Source: a virus
Taxonomy: Duplodnaviria; Caudoviricetes
Direction: 5' to 3' (one strand)
Virus record (IMG/VR): IMGVR_UViG_3300037297_000386
DNA length: 64,000 nt
Position numbers and translations under genes: made by a program
Notes under the pieces: model-generated
Seen by the model: only the letters and a program-made list of their open reading frames with translations
The model's database searches: none
Told to the model about the DNA's origin: nothing
In this document: positions 10,783 through 21,152 of the stretch, piece by piece
Numbering within the stretch: the stretch's first letter is position 1
Layout of the letters: each line of letters starts with the position of its first letter

Positions 10783-13700
10783 TTATTCCAACATTAATAC
10801 TATTTCTATTATATTAGTTGGATCTCTATCATCCTCTGGTAGAGCGTTATATACTTCTTCACTTGGTATTCTAAATCTTTCTAAATCTTCACCCTCAAGT
10901 TCTTTAGATAAATTAACCGGCTCTACCGGCTTCTTACCTTCTTCTTGAGTATTTTTAACAATATGGTTATATATTTGGTTATTTTCTAGCTTTTTGTATT
11001 GATTACCAATTACAATATATCTTGATCTATCATCTCTTTCAAATTTAAGCCATCTCCCAACTGGTTGGCCAAACCATGTAACAACAGCATCCATACGTTT
11101 TTGGACTTTATCTATATTGGCTTCATCTAAACACCACCCGCGTATTTCTATTTTTGGAAATATATCTTTATCATTCGATACAATATAATTATGCGCTGTA
11201 AGTAAAGAGCGCTTTAATTCACGTATATTGAATCTTGCGAACCTACTAGATAACATAGATTTATGTTCATCATCACTTTCTTCGTTCTCAAAAATTACCA
11301 TACCTAAATGAACTCCAAGGTCAATACTAGAGGTCTCCCTGGACATTATTACTTTGTTAAACCTTTTTTGATTCCGGATTAATGACTCCCCTATAATATC
11401 AAACGGAGTAGGTATATATTCTCCAAGAGGATGCCCATATCTTAAGTCTAATGTTGTTGTGAAATTACCACTACTATAATCAAAACTATGTGATACATTA
11501 TTTACATAGAATAATAAATCTTTTGCGTTTATGTAAACAACATCTCCGAGCTGATAATATTCATTTCCATATAATGTAATACGCCCTCGTAATATATCCT
11601 TGCGAGCGCGAGATAACAAGAATAAGGCATAAGGAGCACATTGGCTTTGGGCATCTTTTAAAAACGGTTTGTTTTGTGTAGGTAAGGAACGATAACCGTA
11701 TTGTCTCCACATATCAAAATCGGTTGCTCCAGCCCATATATTAGGCATATTTTTGGTTAGAGATCCTGGAGATCCAACTAAATTATGTTGCCCAGTAACA
11801 TCTGCTCTACAAGTAGCATTCTGTTCATCTTCAGTAAATTCGAAACTTATAATTTGATCATCATATATTATAAATCTGCTAGCTGATCCGGGGCCTAAAA
11901 AGTCTGTATAATCGTCCTCTATCAAATTACCAAATGGAGCCAACAATTCATTTAATGAATCTTGTGAAGCTGGCGAGAAATCAGCAAAATTGATTTCATA
12001 TGCCTTTCCTTGGGCATCCAGTTTATCTTTTAAATCACTAAGTTGTTGTTTTCTGCTTAACAACATCTTAATTTCATTAGCAAGTTTTAATCTCATAGAA
12101 TTGACATTGGGCGTCGCTGGATTATTGTACTTTTCAACTTCTAATTCAACCTGATCTTCATTTTGAAATTTCCCTTTAAATCCCGTCTTCAGTTCTAGAC
12201 TATTAGATAATTTGATTATTTCTTTGGATATTGATTTCGAATCTATGTTTGTAGACGATGTTAAATATTGCCCACGCACAATTTGGTCACTAGCTGATTC
12301 ACTCTTTACAGTGCTTAATAAAACATCGGTATCTTGGTATTCAGAACCAAGATTCAATAAATATGCTTTTATCCTTATCTCGATATCAACTATATCTATT
12401 TCTTCTCTGGTAGTTATTTCTCTACTTTTGAACAATTGTTTTAAAAAATCTGGATACAATTGTACTCCTTTTCTGTCGTTCAACATAAACATTTTCAATA
12501 TTAATGAAAGAGGAATCTTGTTATACTGTTGTGGTCTAAATCTTAAATGTCCTTGCGAATCACAGTAGAATTCCATATTCAATGTTTCCGCAACGGTCCT
12601 ACAAATTTCAATTGGATGCTTAAACTCACTATTAAATAAACTGAATGGTTGATTTTGTAATCCTACCACAAATGCCTGTATATTAGCGTTAGTATCATAT
12701 TCATCTGATACAATTAATAAATTTTTATCTTCATTAAATTTACATGCATACTGCGACCGGACCTGTAAAAATTTATTTTTAAGCCTAACATTTTTATTTT
12801 GCTCCGCATGAGCACTAGTTTCTATACCGCTCGACAAAGAAGCTAAATTAAAAACTACATCATCTACATCCCTTATTATACCTTGTTCTTTAGCACTTTT
12901 TAGGTTCTTATAAATAAATTCTTCTTCCGAATCTATTTGTTCAACAAGGTTGTCTCTATATGTCTCCCACGCTTTTTGGCTTCTTTGCCTATCCTGTTCG
13001 TCAATATCATTGCTTAATCGATTGGTCTCTTTATCATGAATACTTCTATTTATACTTAAAAGATAGTCTTGTGCTTTAGCTAACTCTTTTCTCAAACGTT
13101 CTATTTCTGAATAACTTTTTTGTATTGTCCCACGTAAAGCTAGTTGTTTGGTAAAAGCCATACCATCTGTTACAATTTCTCTGAATGGTTCAAAGTTTCC
13201 TAATGCTTTATTTGTTGACCTCGTTATATCAAAAAAAGAATGAAAAAAACTTGGGCTAGCATTAGAACCGGTTGCTTTGAATGTCCCAACAGTATTGGCG
13301 GCTTTATAAAATCTTTCAGCGCTATGTGGATATCCAGTGACTAGAAGACTTATTATATCAGCAGCATCTAGTCCAGCAAATGGATTTTCTACTACAGTCA
13401 ATCCAACATACCTTTTAAGTGCCTTATTATCATCTTCACTCCCTTGTAAAGATTTATCTAAATTGGCATCAATAGTTGCAACCATAGTTCCTGGTTTCCA
13501 CTTGTATATCATTCCAGGCGCATGTTTCCAAATCGGTGTAAGCCCACTTTCTATTTTTGCATAATCTTGTTCCCAATTATTCAGAGAAACTAATTTACAT
13601 TTATTGGTACCGGATTTGAATCTTAATCTTGCTACATTTGCAGTTTCAGATGTTTCACTTTCCTTTTCCGATGCCATAACTGCAGAATTACCTGGTAATG

Positions 13701-15558
13701 GTTCTGGTTTTTCTGATATTAGTCCAGTTGCGGGATCTATTTTATACGAAAATGCTGTAAGAGGATCTTCTAATAATCCTTGTGGTTGGCTTAGACTTGG
13801 TTTGATATTAACTCTGGATAAATTTAACCATCTAGCATTACTTTTACCAGAAACATTTGTAATGTATACTCCACTACCAGCATCATATCGTTCGTTAACT
13901 GATGTAACTAATCCGCCAAATACATGCATTCCAGCATTACGCATAAAACTTCCAGTTCTAATAGTTCTATAAAAATCTACATCTAATCCAAGGTCATCTA
14001 ATCCAAATTGTCGCATTTCTTCTATAAGTACAGCATCTGTTGCATTTGGATCATTGGCGGCATTTTTAATAAAAGCTGATCCATTCAACAAATGACTAAG
14101 AGGCCCAACAACTTCTCCATGTTTATATGTATTACCACGAATATATATGTGTAAGCCATCCATTGCTTGTATAATTGATTTACCAAGATAATGTAATCGT
14201 AAATTACGTCTAGCGTGTTTTACATGTTCGTTAGAATTTAATTCCATTAAATCATTATTAAGATGTTCGACAGCTGCCGAATATTCGCCTAATAACTTAA
14301 AAATTTCACCAACAAGCTCTCTTTCCTCTACAGTAAGTTGTTGTTCAACTGGAAAGTCTATCATAGATAGTACTAACTGATCTCTATTATAAGATGGTTT
14401 TGCTAAAGATGTTGTATATGCAACAACCTTATTTTGTGCATAGGATGTTGGACTTATCTCAAAAATTATTTCCGATATATTCGAAGAACCTATAATACTT
14501 TTATTCGTGCCAAGGAGCTCCGCAATTCTATTTTCTCTGATATCACGAAGAATTTTTTCTTTATTACGTGCTTGTTCTAATATAGTCTGTGGCCCTTTTA
14601 ATGATACCCAATTTCCAGAACTATCTGTATTTTTCATACTTTCTATTTCTGAATGAGCTGAAGATAATGACATCTCTATATCATCAGTAGTAATTTTCAT
14701 TAGGTTGTATGGATCCTGTATGCTAAAACTTACTTGGCCCTCAATATTATCGAAGCCTAATGACGTAGACAAGTTATTAAACATAGTTAATTCTATCACA
14801 CCGCTACCACGACCGATGTTAAAAATATCTAATTGATCTGGGTCTATTACCCAGTTTGTATTTACAGCTTGTTTTAATTTATTCTGTTTTTGACAGATTT
14901 CTCTTAAAGCGTCAACAATCGGAGAAATTTTTGTCGTATTATTTTTTAAATCATTTAATTGAGTAATTATTTGTTCATTAAAAGATATATTATTTGGGTC
15001 AATAGAAATTGCAGTAGCAGCATCTTTTTCAAGATTGTATAGTCTATCTTCTATGAATTCGTCTAACAAGTCAATAATTTGTTCTATCCTAATTGCATCT
15101 AAGTCGGCATCTTCAGATACGAGTTTAGAAACTTTTGTCAAAGCTTCATAAGAGGCAAGTTGATTACACTTTTTTTCAAATAATATTTTTGTTGCACGTA
15201 AATATAATTTTTCTCCTTTATCCATAAACCGTGTATCATTTTCATCAGCTAGTCCCCAAAAAGCGCGCTTTTTAATGTATATAGTTGCATGCGGTTCCTG
15301 AGAGGAGATTCTTCGTTGTTTTATATCATCAACATTATCTATTGTAGACCCAACATACGATGTACCAGGGACATTTTCAAAACCATCGTCAATATGTACC
15401 TTTTCTAATATTGGCGCTGGAGGAGGCCAATTATCTGGACTGTATAATCCTTGGTTTAGTGTATTTACCAGATCATCAAATTTTTTACTAATCTCTGATA
15501 AAAAACCATAATATGAATTTTCTACAATTCCAGCATCACCACCAAAAACGATTGCCAT
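10783..15558 (-). CDS. Baseplate hub protein, gp27/gpD-like with large insertions (1591 aa)
   Basis: Hub-type motifs MEFYCDSQGHLRFRP and GRITLYGNEYYQLGDVVYI...FYVNNVSHSFDY...FTTTLDL. Sits between the tube initiator and the spike. Confidence 0.75.
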   Translation of the reverse strand: MAIVFGGDAGIVENSYYGFLSEISKKFDDLVNTLNQGLYSPDNWPPPAPILEKVHIDDGFENVPGTSYVGSTIDNVDDIKQRRISSQEPHATIYIKKRAFWGLADENDTRFMDKGEKLYLRATKILFEKKCNQLASYEALTKVSKLVSEDADLDAIRIEQIIDLLDEFIEDRLYNLEKDAATAISIDPNNISFNEQIITQLNDLKNNTTKISPIVDALREICQKQNKLKQAVNTNWVIDPDQLDIFNIGRGSGVIELTMFNNLSTSLGFDNIEGQVSFSIQDPYNLMKITTDDIEMSLSSAHSEIESMKNTDSSGNWVSLKGPQTILEQARNKEKILRDIRENRIAELLGTNKSIIGSSNISEIIFEISPTSYAQNKVVAYTTSLAKPSYNRDQLVLSMIDFPVEQQLTVEERELVGEIFKLLGEYSAAVEHLNNDLMELNSNEHVKHARRNLRLHYLGKSIIQAMDGLHIYIRGNTYKHGEVVGPLSHLLNGSAFIKNAANDPNATDAVLIEEMRQFGLDDLGLDVDFYRTIRTGSFMRNAGMHVFGGLVTSVNERYDAGSGVYITNVSGKSNARWLNLSRVNIKPSLSQPQGLLEDPLTAFSYKIDPATGLISEKPEPLPGNSAVMASEKESETSETANVARLRFKSGTNKCKLVSLNNWEQDYAKIESGLTPIWKHAPGMIYKWKPGTMVATIDANLDKSLQGSEDDNKALKRYVGLTVVENPFAGLDAADIISLLVTGYPHSAERFYKAANTVGTFKATGSNASPSFFHSFFDITRSTNKALGNFEPFREIVTDGMAFTKQLALRGTIQKSYSEIERLRKELAKAQDYLLSINRSIHDKETNRLSNDIDEQDRQRSQKAWETYRDNLVEQIDSEEEFIYKNLKSAKEQGIIRDVDDVVFNLASLSSGIETSAHAEQNKNVRLKNKFLQVRSQYACKFNEDKNLLIVSDEYDTNANIQAFVVGLQNQPFSLFNSEFKHPIEICRTVAETLNMEFYCDSQGHLRFRPQQYNKIPLSLILKMFMLNDRKGVQLYPDFLKQLFKSREITTREEIDIVDIEIRIKAYLLNLGSEYQDTDVLLSTVKSESASDQIVRGQYLTSSTNIDSKSISKEIIKLSNSLELKTGFKGKFQNEDQVELEVEKYNNPATPNVNSMRLKLANEIKMLLSRKQQLSDLKDKLDAQGKAYEINFADFSPASQDSLNELLAPFGNLIEDDYTDFLGPGSASRFIIYDDQIISFEFTEDEQNATCRADVTGQHNLVGSPGSLTKNMPNIWAGATDFDMWRQYGYRSLPTQNKPFLKDAQSQCAPYALFLLSRARKDILRGRITLYGNEYYQLGDVVYINAKDLLFYVNNVSHSFDYSSGNFTTTLDLRYGHPLGEYIPTPFDIIGESLIRNQKRFNKVIMSRETSSIDLGVHLGMVIFENEESDDEHKSMLSSRFARFNIRELKRSLLTAHNYIVSNDKDIFPKIEIRGWCLDEANIDKVQKRMDAVVTWFGQPVGRWLKFERDDRSRYIVIGNQYKKLENNQIYNHIVKNTQEEGKKPVEPVNLSKELEGEDLERFRIPSEEVYNALPEDDRDPTNIIEIVLMLE

Positions 15559-15569
15559 GATTATTCCTT

Positions 15570-16691
15570 TTATAACATATTAGCTATAGTAGAAGCAGAA
15601 TCTGTTCCTAGTTCAGATCCTCCAAAACTTAGTGGAGCTGATTCTGGGTGGAACTGTGGCGGGTTTTGTGCTTGTTCTGGTAACCCGACCGCACTTCTAA
15701 TTGAATTTCCAACGGCATTTAAAACACCAGATGCTAATTGAGCTCCAGGACTATCAGCCAGTGGCTCTTTATGCCAAGCCATAAAGTTTTCCCTCGTTCC
15801 TCTAATTTCTGTAACTACAAAAGTTATATTATAGTCAAACAAACCAAGTTTCGCTGTGCTCTCGGTCATAGTAAAATCAGTAAAAAATCCTTTATATTGT
15901 ATGCCTTGATAAAATAGCAAAATACTTAGTGCTAATGAAGCCAAAGAGGGACGTAAAATAAAAGAACTATTACGCAAATCATTAGCAAAATGCGATACTA
16001 CTGCTGAAGCATTATCAATAGTCAACCCATCAGAAATTAAATCGGTCAGTGAATTTATTTGAGTTGCCGCTATCAGTTCGAAAGCTCGATTTTCTGCCCT
16101 ATATATATCTCTTAATACTTGAATTCCCTTTATACCAGAAGATCCGGTAGTCCCAGATATAGTAAGTCTGGTTAAATTATCTCCCCAATATTGTACCACA
16201 AAACCACCTTTCGTACGTGTATGGTTTATTTGTTTACTTTCAGCAACAACAAAATTTTGTGGATTTATATACATTTGAACAGAACTTCCATTTGGCAATC
16301 TCCATGTCATTATCTGTTTATCCCTATTAGTAACACCTGATGCTGATCTATAATTTGGAGATTCTTCAAAATAATTTAAGAAAGATCCAATATCTTCTCG
16401 GACCTGTTCATGCCACTTTTTATTATCATCATTGGAAGTTGCCTTTTTTGTTCCATTATGCGTGCGTATTATATTATCTAATTTCTTTTTATCAATCGAA
16501 GATAACTCGTTACTATATGTAATAGATATATTGTCTCCATTCCTAGATGCAGAAACAAAATTAGCAACAATATTACCATACGACACTCTAGCAACACTAC
16601 TAGATCTGATCTCAACGTTTAAAGTACCTAAGTGCACTTTTTTATTTGGAAAATTAGTTGATATACTATATACATATGATTTGTAAGCCAT
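15570..16691 (-). CDS. Tail tube initiator-like protein with N-terminal extension
   Basis: MYINPQNF...KQINHTRTKGGFVVQYWGD.L..LTISGTTG and YKGFFTDFTMTES...LFDYNITF fit a tube-fold initiator. Immediately downstream of the tape measure gene. Confidence 0.7.
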   Translation of the reverse strand: MAYKSYVYSISTNFPNKKVHLGTLNVEIRSSSVARVSYGNIVANFVSASRNGDNISITYSNELSSIDKKKLDNIIRTHNGTKKATSNDDNKKWHEQVREDIGSFLNYFEESPNYRSASGVTNRDKQIMTWRLPNGSSVQMYINPQNFVVAESKQINHTRTKGGFVVQYWGDNLTRLTISGTTGSSGIKGIQVLRDIYRAENRAFELIAATQINSLTDLISDGLTIDNASAVVSHFANDLRNSSFILRPSLASLALSILLFYQGIQYKGFFTDFTMTESTAKLGLFDYNITFVVTEIRGTRENFMAWHKEPLADSPGAQLASGVLNAVGNSIRSAVGLPEQAQNPPQFHPESAPLSFGGSELGTDSASTIANML

Positions 16692-16703
16692 CGAAACCTC
16701 TTA

Positions 16704-19226
16704 TTAATCTATTATTTCTCCAGTCACCCTCTTAGCTACTTCAGCCATTCTTGCTTCATCCACTTCTATAGTTACAGTTTGCCTATCTGGCACGACTTTA
16801 AGTACAATCTTTTTTTCTATTGTTTCTGGTGTTTGGGTAATATTCTCTTTAGAAACATTTTTAATTTCGCGAGCAGCTTGTTGGGCCTCTTCCACTTGAA
16901 TGCGTGCCGGACGCCTAGCAACATGTCGTAGTTGCTCTTCCATATTATTAGCAATATTCCTATTATACATAGACAATTGTTTCTCAATTACATCATCTAT
17001 TCTTGGCTGTTTCAAAATATCTTGAGTTGGGACAGTTCGTCTTTCTAATGTAGCCATTTTCGGCATACGTCGATTAATGGTTGGAGGAAGATTATATTTT
17101 GTATATTGATTAACGTCGCCAACTTCAGATAAATTTATCCTCTTTTGTCTAGCCATGCCTTGTAATTGTTGTTCTGACTGTCTCAGTGTGACAAGTTTTG
17201 CGGCTTGGGCTTGCGTAAGATTTCCTGTCTGTTTAATCTCTTGCAGTTTGCTAATTTCTTGTGTAATTGCTTTAATAGTATTTTGTATATCTTTTTTAAC
17301 GAATCTTGTATTTATTTCTTGCCCAGCAGCCATTCGTGTAACCACATTAGGCCGTCCGCGCATTTCTTTAAAACCTCCTGGACCACCAGCAATAGTAACA
17401 TCACGCTTTCTAGCTAATTCTCCCATTAATTGATTAACAAATAACAAACCAGATTCTTTGCCTATTCTTATAATATCTGGTTCTTCTTTCATTCTAGTTC
17501 TTCTTCCAGTTAATCTTTCAACTTTTCCAGATATATCTGTTGAGCTAATATCTGTTATAAATTCTTTAATACCGCGCAATCCGCTAATATCTCCAGTAGC
17601 CATTTTAGTTGTAGCACGTTGGGCAGATCTAACAACTCTTCGGGCACCAGAAGATTTCATTAGATTATTTATAACATTTGCTATTTGTTTTCCTTGTGTG
17701 TGAATAGCAGCTTCTACTTTGAGTGTAGCATTTACCATATCATTGGTGGTAGCTTTTCTAGTATCCTCACCACTTTTTGTTAATTCATTAAGACGTTCTT
17801 TAGCGTTCTCAACACCTTCAATTCCATTTTCATCTATTTTTTGAAGTATTTCTATCATTTGGTTAGCTTCAGCGGTTGAGGAACCAGTCATTTGTTCTAA
17901 TAATTGACGTTGAATCATGAATTGGTTTTCTAGTGCCGGATTTTCTAAAACTTGTTCTCTAGTTAACATCTGTCCGCCAGTAAATTCTTTTATAGTATTG
18001 ATAAGTTTTTCTGACATTTCTGCCATTCCTTCCGGACCCTTTTCCATCAATGCTTCCATTTGCAATGCTGCACCAATAGCTGTGCCACCACCGCCACCAC
18101 CCATCCCAGCAGTTAGACCAATTAATGCTCTCATTTCAACTTGCATATCTCTAATACCTTGCATATATCTATTAAATAATGGTTCTACTAACCCTTTTCT
18201 TCCTTCACCAAGAGCATCTGAAAATGCCTTAAAGGTAGGAGTTACCGATGCAACAGTTCCTCCCCACAATTTCATATTATCAGTAGCACCCATAATAAGA
18301 TCAGCAACCTTGGAAAATTGCATACCAGAATTTTCAGCCGCTTGATCAATTTGCCCGAATATTAGAGCCGCAGTTTCAACAGATTCTCCTAGGTTCAAAT
18401 GTGCATTGGCCAACATATCAGCAGCTTTCGTAGCTTCCATTCCTCTGGCAGTACTAGCTAGAATAGCAATATTAGCTAGATTCATAGCTGAATGCATCTT
18501 ATTAGTACCATCTCTTAAATTTTCGATTCCAGTAAATGTATCTCTAGCCGAAAATGCCTGTTTAAGTGTTTCGCCAACTTCTAAAACATCCTTGCGCAAA
18601 GTATTAGTAGTTACCATTGTTTGGCCAAATTGTGTTTGTATATCTTCTACACTTCCTTGTGCGTCTCTAAATCCTTCGCCTATACCCATACTTGCCTGCA
18701 ATGCATACTTGTGAACATCGATTAAACTTTGTTGCAATTTAGAAAATACTTTTGTTCTAGTATCAATTCCTCCTAGTACTTTTTCTATCCCTATTAACAC
18801 ACCAAGAGCTGTACCAGAACCCAATATTCGGTTAAATTCATCAGCATGGTTTGATATACCCTTAAATGTCTTTTCAATTAATCTACCCATTGGCCCAGTA
18901 TTTTTAATAACATTCTGTAAACCACTTTCTACGGCAGTAAAACCAGGTGAATTTCTCATACTATCTAGTGTTCTTTTGAATCGATTAGCCCCGCGTTGAG
19001 CTTGTCTAAAGGCTTGATCAGTTCCTGGGGGTAATGGTAACTTAACATCTGGAGACTCAACTAACCTACCAAGCATTTGTGAATATTGCCCAGCAGATTC
19101 GCGCAAATTTATTGCTGCCTCTTTAATTCTAGATGTTTGATCAGCTAATTGCTCTGCACTTGCTTCAGGAATATTTATATTTACATTAATATCCTGCATA
19201 GTATTTGGCGCATTTTCATCAGCCAT
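16704..19226 (-). CDS. Tape measure protein (840 aa)
   Basis: Ala/Gly/Gln/Met-rich helical protein with a TMP-like core (AADMLANA..LGE..ETAA..FGQI..AAENSGM), directly after the chaperone pair. Confidence 0.8.
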   Translation of the reverse strand: MADENAPNTMQDINVNINIPEASAEQLADQTSRIKEAAINLRESAGQYSQMLGRLVESPDVKLPLPPGTDQAFRQAQRGANRFKRTLDSMRNSPGFTAVESGLQNVIKNTGPMGRLIEKTFKGISNHADEFNRILGSGTALGVLIGIEKVLGGIDTRTKVFSKLQQSLIDVHKYALQASMGIGEGFRDAQGSVEDIQTQFGQTMVTTNTLRKDVLEVGETLKQAFSARDTFTGIENLRDGTNKMHSAMNLANIAILASTARGMEATKAADMLANAHLNLGESVETAALIFGQIDQAAENSGMQFSKVADLIMGATDNMKLWGGTVASVTPTFKAFSDALGEGRKGLVEPLFNRYMQGIRDMQVEMRALIGLTAGMGGGGGGTAIGAALQMEALMEKGPEGMAEMSEKLINTIKEFTGGQMLTREQVLENPALENQFMIQRQLLEQMTGSSTAEANQMIEILQKIDENGIEGVENAKERLNELTKSGEDTRKATTNDMVNATLKVEAAIHTQGKQIANVINNLMKSSGARRVVRSAQRATTKMATGDISGLRGIKEFITDISSTDISGKVERLTGRRTRMKEEPDIIRIGKESGLLFVNQLMGELARKRDVTIAGGPGGFKEMRGRPNVVTRMAAGQEINTRFVKKDIQNTIKAITQEISKLQEIKQTGNLTQAQAAKLVTLRQSEQQLQGMARQKRINLSEVGDVNQYTKYNLPPTINRRMPKMATLERRTVPTQDILKQPRIDDVIEKQLSMYNRNIANNMEEQLRHVARRPARIQVEEAQQAAREIKNVSKENITQTPETIEKKIVLKVVPDRQTVTIEVDEARMAEVAKRVTGEIID

Positions 19227-19229
19227 AAT

Positions 19230-19637
19230 TTACTCCAGATTGAGATTTAACCAAAATTCATAATCTACAAATTTTCTTGGGTGTTCAGATTTTGATTTAT
19301 TCACTTTATAATTATCTGATCGTCTAATAGTAGATTTTGGATCTATATTATGCGTCTCCGAATTTTTACGCTTTTCTTTAGGAAGATTAATTTGTCTGCC
19401 AAAGAAATACTCAATACCAGCAACAAATTCATCATGAGGAACTTCTACTGATTCTTCACGCGCTTCTCTAATTTTACGTACAGCCTCGGGCTCCATAAAA
19501 CTAGCATGATATTCTATAAAGTCTCGGTATTGATTGTATTTCTCTTCTTCATCTTCGAAAAAATTATGATAATACCACATCCATTGAGCGGTATTGATCT
19601 CATTAAATTGTTCGTGGTCTACCGGCACATTCCACAT
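19230..19637 (-). CDS. Tail assembly chaperone, T (frameshift-extension) portion
   Basis: The frame stays open upstream to the slippery site at 19688 (KKLVKEPWHRLRWKLCKMWNVPVD), i.e. the -1 frame of the G gene. Confidence 0.7.
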   Translation of the reverse strand: MWNVPVDHEQFNEINTAQWMWYYHNFFEDEEEKYNQYRDFIEYHASFMEPEAVRKIREAREESVEVPHDEFVAGIEYFFGRQINLPKEKRKNSETHNIDPKSTIRRSDNYKVNKSKSEHPRKFVDYEFWLNLNLE

Positions 19638-19654
19638 TTTGCAAAGTTTCCAAC

Positions 19655-19688
19655 GGAGCCTGTGCCAAGGCTCCTTTACAAGTTTTTT
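19655..19688 (-). promoter_or_regulatory. Programmed -1 ribosomal frameshift signal: A AAA AAC slippery heptamer plus downstream hairpin
   Basis: Minus strand reads CTA AAA AAC TTG TAA A GGAGCC TTGGCACA GGCTCC: heptamer at 19688-19682, 7-nt spacer, 6-bp GC-rich stem. A -1 shift enters the 19230-19637 frame. Confidence 0.8.
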
Positions 19689-20248
19689 AGTTCTTCATCA
19701 TTTTTAGATATTTCTTCTTCTTCGCCAGTTAATTTTTCATATGCTTCATATAATTTGCTAACCACAGAAATTTGTAGATTATCAATTATAGAAGTTCGTT
19801 TATGAAAATCGCTTTCAAACTCACCATCAATATCTATATCATCAAGAAACATACCATCTATTTTCTTAACTGCATTTGCAAGTGTAAGAATTCTCAAAGT
19901 AAATAAATCTGCCGCATCCGAGAAATTGTACATCATCTTGACTATCTGATTATTTTCCCGATTCGTTAGAGTACTCACTTCAAATTTTATATTATCTATT
20001 TCCACTTCTTCTGTTAATCTTCCTATAAATATCAGTTTTTCTAGTGTTTTTGAAACTGGCTTTTTTGGAGGAAGAGGGAACCCTATTTCGGTTTTTTGTG
20101 GTTGTACAGGTGCTTCAAATTGCGCCATGCGTTCATCAATAGACGAAACAGATGGTTGTGTTGCATCATCAACAACATACGTATGTGGTTTAGTCTGTCT
20201 CGGCTCTTCTCTTGTCGTATTCATATCTTGATGTCTAAGTGTAGCCAT
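19676..20248 (-). CDS. Tail assembly chaperone G (190 aa)
   Basis: Between tube and tape measure, AAGGAG SD, acidic helical C-terminus (LQISVVSKLYEAYEKL). Confidence 0.75.
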   Translation of the reverse strand: MATLRHQDMNTTREEPRQTKPHTYVVDDATQPSVSSIDERMAQFEAPVQPQKTEIGFPLPPKKPVSKTLEKLIFIGRLTEEVEIDNIKFEVSTLTNRENNQIVKMMYNFSDAADLFTLRILTLANAVKKIDGMFLDDIDIDGEFESDFHKRTSIIDNLQISVVSKLYEAYEKLTGEEEEISKNDEELKNL

Positions 20249-20396
20249 GAACTTTCTCCTTTATAAAATTATTTTTCAATAATCCATTTTTATTATTTAC
20301 TATTTTTTATTCAAATATTTTTTTGTTTTCACATAATAAGTGATGCCATTATAGAATTTTGACAATTTTCTTTTTAAAGATATCTATAAAATTAAT

Positions 20397-20427
20397 ACAC
20401 AACGCCTGTGTTGTGACAGGCGCGTGT
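20397..20427 (-). terminator. Stem-loop downstream of the tail tube gene, possible terminator or processing site
   Basis: CGCCTGT/ACAGGCG 7-bp stem (20403-20422) extended by ACAC/GTGT. The U-tract is poor. Confidence 0.35.
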
Positions 20428-20498
20428 TTTGTGTTAATGTACCAATGGATAAAATCAAACGGAGGGAGCTTACTCATTTTGAACTTTATATAGAATTA

Positions 20499-21152
20499 CT
20501 ATGTCGATGGGTATTCAACAGCTTCTTCGCCTTCGAATAGAGAATTAACCAATCCTGCAGCATCAAGAGAGCCACGGCGATTTCCATAATTAACATCAGC
20601 CTCTATGCCGGCATTATCAGTCTGCCGTTCAACTGGACGCAATGAGCCATCTCGCCCGATTTGTACTAGATAAGCAGTTTCACACCATATAGTTGCAGAT
20701 TCAGTGATAATATAATTGTCAGCAGCATATGGCGTTTCGTATCTAGTAAACCAACAATTTTTATAAGTCGATACAACCTTATTGCTGTCATCATCCGGCG
20801 CGTTTGGATCTGTGCCGCTGATATCAATAACATCTATGTCAAATGGGACCCTCTGGGCTGCAATAAATCTAAATCCTCGTGAAAATGATTCAGGTAAGCG
20901 TAATTGGTCAAATACAATTCGATTAGCAGTTAATTCATACGTTGTTGCCGCATTTGGAACAATTTCAATTATACCGTCTGTGCCAATTTCTGGTATACGG
21001 TATAACGGTCTATTTTGAGCGACAGACAAGTTTTGTAGAGCACCTACTGGCGAATTATAAACCTTTATAATAATTTGTGTTGAAAGGCCCGAATTAGTAC
21101 GATTTCCGGCATTTATGAAGGTTCCGGTGTTTGGGAAACCATTATCAGTCAT
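20499..21152 (-). CDS. Tail tube protein
   Basis: VGALQNLSVAQNR.L.RIPEIGTDGIIEIVPN...ELTANRIVFD and YKNCWFTRYETPY.ADNYIITESATIWCE. Downstream of the sheath. Likely ATG at 21152 overlapping the upstream TGA (ATGA). Confidence 0.85.
   Translation of the reverse strand: MTDNGFPNTGTFINAGNRTNSGLSTQIIIKVYNSPVGALQNLSVAQNRPLYRIPEIGTDGIIEIVPNAATTYELTANRIVFDQLRLPESFSRGFRFIAAQRVPFDIDVIDISGTDPNAPDDDSNKVVSTYKNCWFTRYETPYAADNYIITESATIWCETAYLVQIGRDGSLRPVERQTDNAGIEADVNYGNRRGSLDAAGLVNSLFEGEEAVEYPST

Noticed and set aside
20359-20392. TTGACA...TATAAA sigma70-like promoter on the plus strand
   Set aside because: The spacer is 20 nt, the context is very AT-rich and there is no plus-strand gene to drive.
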